DNA of 64,000 nucleotides from Ignavibacteriota bacterium (GTDB lineage Bacteria; Bacteroidota; Ignavibacteria; UBA10030): NCBI GenBank assembly GCA_963727825.1, contig CAVSHO010000001.1, positions 128,001 to 192,000 of the forward strand, read 5' to 3'. Shown piece by piece: positions 59,329 to 64,000 of this stretch (position 1 is its first letter; each line of letters starts with the position of its first letter). The notes under the pieces were generated by a model. It saw only the letters and a program-made list of their open reading frames with translations, ran no database searches and was not told where the DNA came from. The position numbers and the translations under genes were made by a program.

Positions 59329-60588
59329 TTATTTTAGCGGTTTTCCTTTCATCTCATGTAAGACATACGCGAACACACCAAATGCGCGCACTGCTTGTGA
59401 TTGCGCATGCACCGTTCCGACTTCATTGACTTTATAACCGTCTTCGCCGCCATTCGGATTCCATCCATTTCTGATGCCGTGGTCTATCGGGCGATGGAGC
59501 GTGGTCAATGCAGTGCCGTGATGATTTGTCCACACGTGTTCCAGCATCTTTTCAATTTTCCCCGGAATATCTGAAAGCCGGTCCGGAGCGATTTGATACG
59601 CGTCTAAAATGAAATGAACAAATGCACCGTTTCCATCCATCCGCAGTTGATAAAAATCCTGCTGATCGACCCATCCATTCGCTGGATCCATTAATCGCTT
59701 CGCTGTTGCTGCGACGATCTCTTTATATTTTCTCTCGCCGGTCATCCGGAACATTGCCGCCCCGATTGAGCACATGCCCGCGCCTTCCCATGGAAACTGT
59801 TTGCCGAATGCCGCTTGCCCTTCGTTTCCTTTCCATATTCCATTGCCGCGATAAAACTTTTTCTCAACTCCAGAATATTTTACATCCCCGTTCCATACCA
59901 ACATGGCATCGTCATAAAATTGCCGTTCGTGTGTTGCTTCAAAGAGCCAGCATGCCACGGTCGCCATTTGATTCATATTGCTATTGGTAAATATTTTGAA
60001 ATTGCTTTTTGCATTGGGAGAATAATTATACCAGCTCCAAAATCCATCGTGATGGGAAAGGCGCCCTTCGCGTTTCGCCTCTAAATATCTGCTTCGTGCA
60101 TCTGCCACCCATTGCGTATTTTTTCTTCCAGACATATGCCACCAGTACATTTCTGCTAGACATGCCCAGGCACGGTCGTCAACCCATGTTCCATTGTGTA
60201 CATCGAGGAGCCGGTACGTGTCGGTGTAGAGTGATAGCAAATTTTGATCGCCCGTCGCGGCATAAAGATAAGCATCTCCAATAGCGCCGTTTGCTCCTTC
60301 CCATTCCGCATTGTATTCTTGATGAAAGAGATTGTCAATCGCATAAGTGCGCTGCACAATACTATGAAAAAGATCTGGGGCAGGAGATTCCTGCAGCTGC
60401 GCTTGTTGGATAATAGATGGAGATTCGTTCTTCGTTCCGAAGAATTTATCTCCAGCGATGAGAAAAAACGCTGTGAGAAATGCGAGCAGCCCAAGTGCGG
60501 AGAATATAAAGTACTTTAAGCGGAGGGCTGTTTTCTTCACTGAAACTGTTTTATGAACTGCTTGGTATTGTTTATGTTTATTTGACAT
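59329..60588 (-). CDS. Membrane-anchored GH76-like (alpha/alpha)6 glycosidase
   Basis: N-terminal TM; WVDDRAW resembles the GH76 DD catalytic motif; helical Trp-rich repeats. Confidence 0.55.
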   Translation of the reverse strand: MSNKHKQYQAVHKTVSVKKTALRLKYFIFSALGLLAFLTAFFLIAGDKFFGTKNESPSIIQQAQLQESPAPDLFHSIVQRTYAIDNLFHQEYNAEWEGANGAIGDAYLYAATGDQNLLSLYTDTYRLLDVHNGTWVDDRAWACLAEMYWWHMSGRKNTQWVADARSRYLEAKREGRLSHHDGFWSWYNYSPNAKSNFKIFTNSNMNQMATVACWLFEATHERQFYDDAMLVWNGDVKYSGVEKKFYRGNGIWKGNEGQAAFGKQFPWEGAGMCSIGAAMFRMTGERKYKEIVAATAKRLMDPANGWVDQQDFYQLRMDGNGAFVHFILDAYQIAPDRLSDIPGKIEKMLEHVWTNHHGTALTTLHRPIDHGIRNGWNPNGGEDGYKVNEVGTVHAQSQAVRAFGVFAYVLHEMKGKPLK

Positions 60589-60677
60589 ACACTATGACAA
60601 AGTATTAATCAAATGTAGATAAAAGCCATCTGAGACACAAAGAAAAATCCCTGCAATAGTTTTTTTTATAGTTGTTT

Positions 60678-60762
60678 ACCTCCCCTTCCCGACACGATAA
60701 AATATCGCATCGGGATTTTCCCTCCTCAAATGAGGATGGGATGCGCGAAGCGCAGGGGCGGT
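60678..60762. repeat. Multi-hairpin GC-rich intergenic element
   Basis: ACCTCCCCT/AGGGGCGGT closing stem enclosing TCCCGA..TCGGGA, CCCTCCTCA..TGAGGATGGG and TGCGCGAAGCGCA hairpins. Confidence 0.65.
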
Positions 60763-60996
60763 GTGCTCTATTCTATATATATTCCATGTTCATCGGCATA
60801 TAAAATGGTTTTGCCAGCACCGGAGAGTAAGAAAAAACTTTTTCAATGATGGAACATCAGGAACCTGTGCTGCGTCTATCTTAATTCGCGCACTTTTTAT
60901 TGAAGTTCGTTACGAATTATACTTGAAAATGTGGTTCATTTTTCATAAAATTGTTCCGCTCTATTGAGCGAACACTCACTAACTTGTAAGAAACCT

Positions 60997-61962
60997 ATGG
61001 CTATTGCAGTTCGAAATCTAACAAAACTTTACGGCACCGAAAAAGCTGTGAACGATATATCATTCGATGTCAAAACCGGCGAGATTCTTGGCTTCCTCGG
61101 TCCAAATGGCGCCGGCAAAACTACAACGATGAAGATTATCACTTGCTACATGCCGCCTACTTCCGGTCTGGTTGAAGTTGAAGGATTGGATATCGCCGAG
61201 CACTCATTTGAGGTGCGGAAAAAAATCGGGTATTTGCCGGAAATGAATCCGCTCTACCTTGATATGAATGTTGTGGAATACTTGGAATACTCAGCACACC
61301 TGCACGGTTTGAAAAATCCACTCTTAAGAAGCCGCCTGAAAGAAATGATCGACGTGTGCGGCATTTCAGATGTGCGGCATAAAGACATCGGCGAATTGTC
61401 GAAGGGATTCCGCCAGCGCGTTGGACTTGCACAGGCGATGATTCACGATCCAGAGGTGCTCATTCTTGACGAACCGACCAGCGGTCTCGATCCGAATCAA
61501 ATTGTGGAGATACGTAATCTTATCCGCCAGCTTGGCCGTGCAAAAACCGTGGTGCTTTCCACGCATATACTTTCAGAAGTGCAGGCAACCTGCGACCACG
61601 TCATAATAGTCAACGAAGGAACAATCGTTGCCGATGGAACGCTTGAGCAATTGCAGCAAGATTTCCGCGGCTCTGAGAAGATTTCATTGGAATTAAAAGC
61701 CAGCACAACAAATGCTATGACGGTGATTTATCCGAAGTTCAAAGACATTCCACATGTAGAGTCGGTGGAGTACGGCGGGCAAGAAGGCGATTTGCATAAG
61801 TTCTCCATTCTCGCGGAAAAAGGATTTGATATTCGCGAAGAAATTTTCAAACGTGCGGTGTCCGAAGGATGGATATTGATGGAAATGTCGCGTAAAGCGA
61901 CGAGTTTGGAAGAAGTGTTCCGCAAGCTGACAACAACGGAAACAGCAATTGAAAAACAATGA
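60997..61962 (+). CDS. gldA: ABC transporter ATP-binding protein, GldA-like
   Basis: [30 protein letters not shown] and LEEVF motifs. Confidence 0.88.
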   Translation: MAIAVRNLTKLYGTEKAVNDISFDVKTGEILGFLGPNGAGKTTTMKIITCYMPPTSGLVEVEGLDIAEHSFEVRKKIGYLPEMNPLYLDMNVVEYLEYSAHLHGLKNPLLRSRLKEMIDVCGISDVRHKDIGELSKGFRQRVGLAQAMIHDPEVLILDEPTSGLDPNQIVEIRNLIRQLGRAKTVVLSTHILSEVQATCDHVIIVNEGTIVADGTLEQLQQDFRGSEKISLELKASTTNAMTVIYPKFKDIPHVESVEYGGQEGDLHKFSILAEKGFDIREEIFKRAVSEGWILMEMSRKATSLEEVFRKLTTTETAIEKQ

Positions 61963-61999
61963 ACAATGAACAGTGATTAGTGACCAATGATGTATGAAA
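61958..61999 (+). repeat. 7-nt periodic array (AATGAAC/AGTGAnn x6) containing the gldA stop
   Basis: AATGAAC AATGAAC AGTGATT AGTGACC AATGATG TATGAAA. Confidence 0.8.
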
Positions 62000-62041
62000 T
62001 TAGTATTCTGCATTTAATCTGAGTAATCCAGGAAATCATTT

Positions 62042-62791
62042 ATGAAATTCAGCATCAAAGAATTATCAATGTTTCTCGGCAAATTTTCCAATGTAGGAAC
62101 GATTTTCCAAAAAGAATTGCGTTCCTATTTCAATTCGGCAGTCGCATACGTTGTCATCGTCGTGTTTCTCGCTATTGTTGGCTGGGTATACACGAGCAGT
62201 ATGTTTCTTATCAATGTGGCATCGCTCCGCATGATGTTTGAATGGGTTCCGCTCGTGTTTCTGTTTGTAGTTCCGGCAGTGACGATGCGCCTGTTAGCGG
62301 AAGAAAAAAAGGCGGGGACAATCGAACTGCTGACGACCAAGCCATTGCACGATTGGGAAATAGTTATAGGCAAGTTTCTTGCCGCATGGGCGCTCATCAG
62401 CATTGCACTCCTACCTACGCTCATCTATTATATTACGGTTGCATTCCTCGGTGACATCGATAATGGCCCAGTAATTGGCGGCTACCTTGGCTTACTATTA
62501 ATGGCGGGTGTCTATGTGGCGGTTGGTTTACTGGCATCGAGTTTAACGGAGAACCAAATAGTAGCATTTATCATCGGCTTGCTGATGATGTTTGCATTCT
62601 ATATGATGGATAAGGTGCTTATTTTTGTTCCGGACTTTATGACCAGCGTGGTAGAATATCTTGGTATTGATTTTCACTTTGCCAATATAGCCCGTGGTGT
62701 AATCGACTCGCGGGATGTTGTATATTTCGGTTCCGTGCTTGGTTTCACTTTGTACCTTTCGGTCGTCTCGCTTGAAAGACGCAAATGGTAA
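62042..62791 (+). CDS. gldF: ABC transporter permease, GldF-like
   Basis: KELRSYF, TMRLLAEEKKAGTIELL, SSLTENQIVA and RGVIDSRD motifs. Confidence 0.88.
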   Translation: MKFSIKELSMFLGKFSNVGTIFQKELRSYFNSAVAYVVIVVFLAIVGWVYTSSMFLINVASLRMMFEWVPLVFLFVVPAVTMRLLAEEKKAGTIELLTTKPLHDWEIVIGKFLAAWALISIALLPTLIYYITVAFLGDIDNGPVIGGYLGLLLMAGVYVAVGLLASSLTENQIVAFIIGLLMMFAFYMMDKVLIFVPDFMTSVVEYLGIDFHFANIARGVIDSRDVVYFGSVLGFTLYLSVVSLERRKW

Positions 62792-62896
62792 AGTCGATGT
62801 CCAATTGTATGATGTTCGATTTGAGAAGTAATTTCTTTTCCAGAATTTATTATTTTATTTTTTCATTTTGAATTAATTTGTTTTGCATTGAAAACT

Positions 62897-64000
62897 ATGA
62901 ATACAAAAAAAGCTCAAACTCTTTTCCGGGTATTGTTGGTATTAGGTATCCTGATTCTCGTCAATTTTATTTCGGTACGGCTTTTTAGCCGGCTGGATCT
63001 AACGAAGGCGGGCGTTTATACACTCTCGGATGCAAGCAAGAATCTTGTCCGTAGCCTTGATGATCGCATTACGGTGAAAGCATATTTTACGGAAGATTTG
63101 CCAGCCCCGTACAATAATAACCGGCGGCAAGTACTGGACATTTTGAATGAGTACAAAGCATACGCCAAAGGCAACCTGCATTTTGAATTTATCAATCCGG
63201 ATGGGGAGAAAAATGAACGCGAAGCACAGCAGGCAGGGATTCCTCCGGTCGAAGTGCAGGTGGTGAAGGAAGACAAATTTGAAGTGAAACGAGCGTTTCT
63301 TGGTCTCGTGCTTTTATACGAAGACAAAAAGGAAACGCTGCCGGTAGTGCAAAATCTTGGTTCGCTGGAATATGACATCAGCTCCGCCATTAAACGTTTG
63401 ACGGTTCATGCAAAAAAACGCATCGGCTATACGACCGGACATCAAGAACCGGAACTGACGAGCATGCAAAAAGCGAATCAAGAGGTGAGTGCACAGTACG
63501 AAATAGTCCCAATTGATCTCAGTTCAAACACCGCAACGATTCCCCAGGATTTAGCGGCTCTATTGATTGTTGCACCACAGACAAAATTTTCAGATACAGC
63601 GAAATATCAAATCGATCAATACATTATGCACGGTGGCAAAGCAGCGTTCCTGCTGAATAAAGTGAATGCGTCGCTTCAGCAGCGTTATACTCAGCCGATT
63701 GAGCTTGGACTGGAAGATATGCTGGAGAATTACGGTATCCGAATTAATAGCGATTTAGTCCGGGATGCACAGTGCGCCAATGTTACTGTAATGCAGCAAC
63801 AGGGACAATTTCAAATGCAGAGTCAGATTCCGTTCCCATATCTGCCGAACGCGGTGAACTTTGACCGCGCAAATCCAATCGTAAAAGATTTACAGGGATT
63901 GATCTTCTACTTTGTCAGTTCGCTCGATACGAGTTTAGCAGTGAACAAAGGATTGAAGGCGGAAGTACTTGTGCGTTCTTCCAAACATAGCGGCAGACAA
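62897..64000 (+). CDS. gldG: GldG-like ABC auxiliary protein (3' truncated by window edge)
   Basis: MNTKK..RLDLTKAGVYTLS..YFTEDLP..LEYDISSAI..GHQE, open to the window end; absent from the ORF track because there is no stop. Confidence 0.85.
   Translation, partial: MNTKKAQTLFRVLLVLGILILVNFISVRLFSRLDLTKAGVYTLSDASKNLVRSLDDRITVKAYFTEDLPAPYNNNRRQVLDILNEYKAYAKGNLHFEFINPDGEKNEREAQQAGIPPVEVQVVKEDKFEVKRAFLGLVLLYEDKKETLPVVQNLGSLEYDISSAIKRLTVHAKKRIGYTTGHQEPELTSMQKANQEVSAQYEIVPIDLSSNTATIPQDLAALLIVAPQTKFSDTAKYQIDQYIMHGGKAAFLLNKVNASLQQRYTQPIELGLEDMLENYGIRINSDLVRDAQCANVTVMQQQGQFQMQSQIPFPYLPNAVNFDRANPIVKDLQGLIFYFVSSLDTSLAVNKGLKAEVLVRSSKHSGRQ

Noticed and set aside
60678-60762. tRNA gene (cloverleaf-like fold)
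   Set aside because: Lacks TTCRA T-loop, D-loop GG and a 7-nt anticodon loop; no tRNA or rRNA was recognised anywhere in the window.
9139-61999. CRISPR array interpretation of the short repeats
   Set aside because: Units are 7-8 nt in tandem without 25-40-nt unique spacers, and there are no cas genes.

Overview
Bacterial chromosomal segment. Gene content (gldAFG, BatA/DUF4159/DUF4175, ECF-antisigma-TonB, solo sucC and gatB) suggests an Ignavibacteria/Bacteroidota-related organism; this is inference only. About 55 CDS, mostly housekeeping (add, hflX, suhB, pdp/deoA, nudF, mscS, pyrE, murI, pruA, sucC, gatB, tpiA, tricorn protease, TetR-EmrAB-TolC, serC/serA/DUF1015, addAB, gldAFG). Several genes, including murI, are broken by small indels, probably uncorrected read errors. 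Accessory elements: (1) a fused R-M gene plus S gene interrupted by a DUF1016 gene bracketed by a 33-bp direct repeat; (2) a RAYT with GTAG REPs, one inside its own ORF, plus several orphan palindromic elements; (3) a canonical attC-bounded HNH gene cassette with 17-bp complementary ends and no integrase in the window, heading a co-oriented run of small genes with eroded cassette ends; (4) the best candidate for an undescribed system: degenerate 7-nt and 8-nt periodic arrays in inverted pairs at gene junctions. They begin at the upstream stop codon, bracket small cargo genes (four-helix-bundle, nucleotidyltransferase pair) or an empty spacer, and in one case are translated as a signal peptide. 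All calls are by eye from the sequence and ORF track; no database searches were run.
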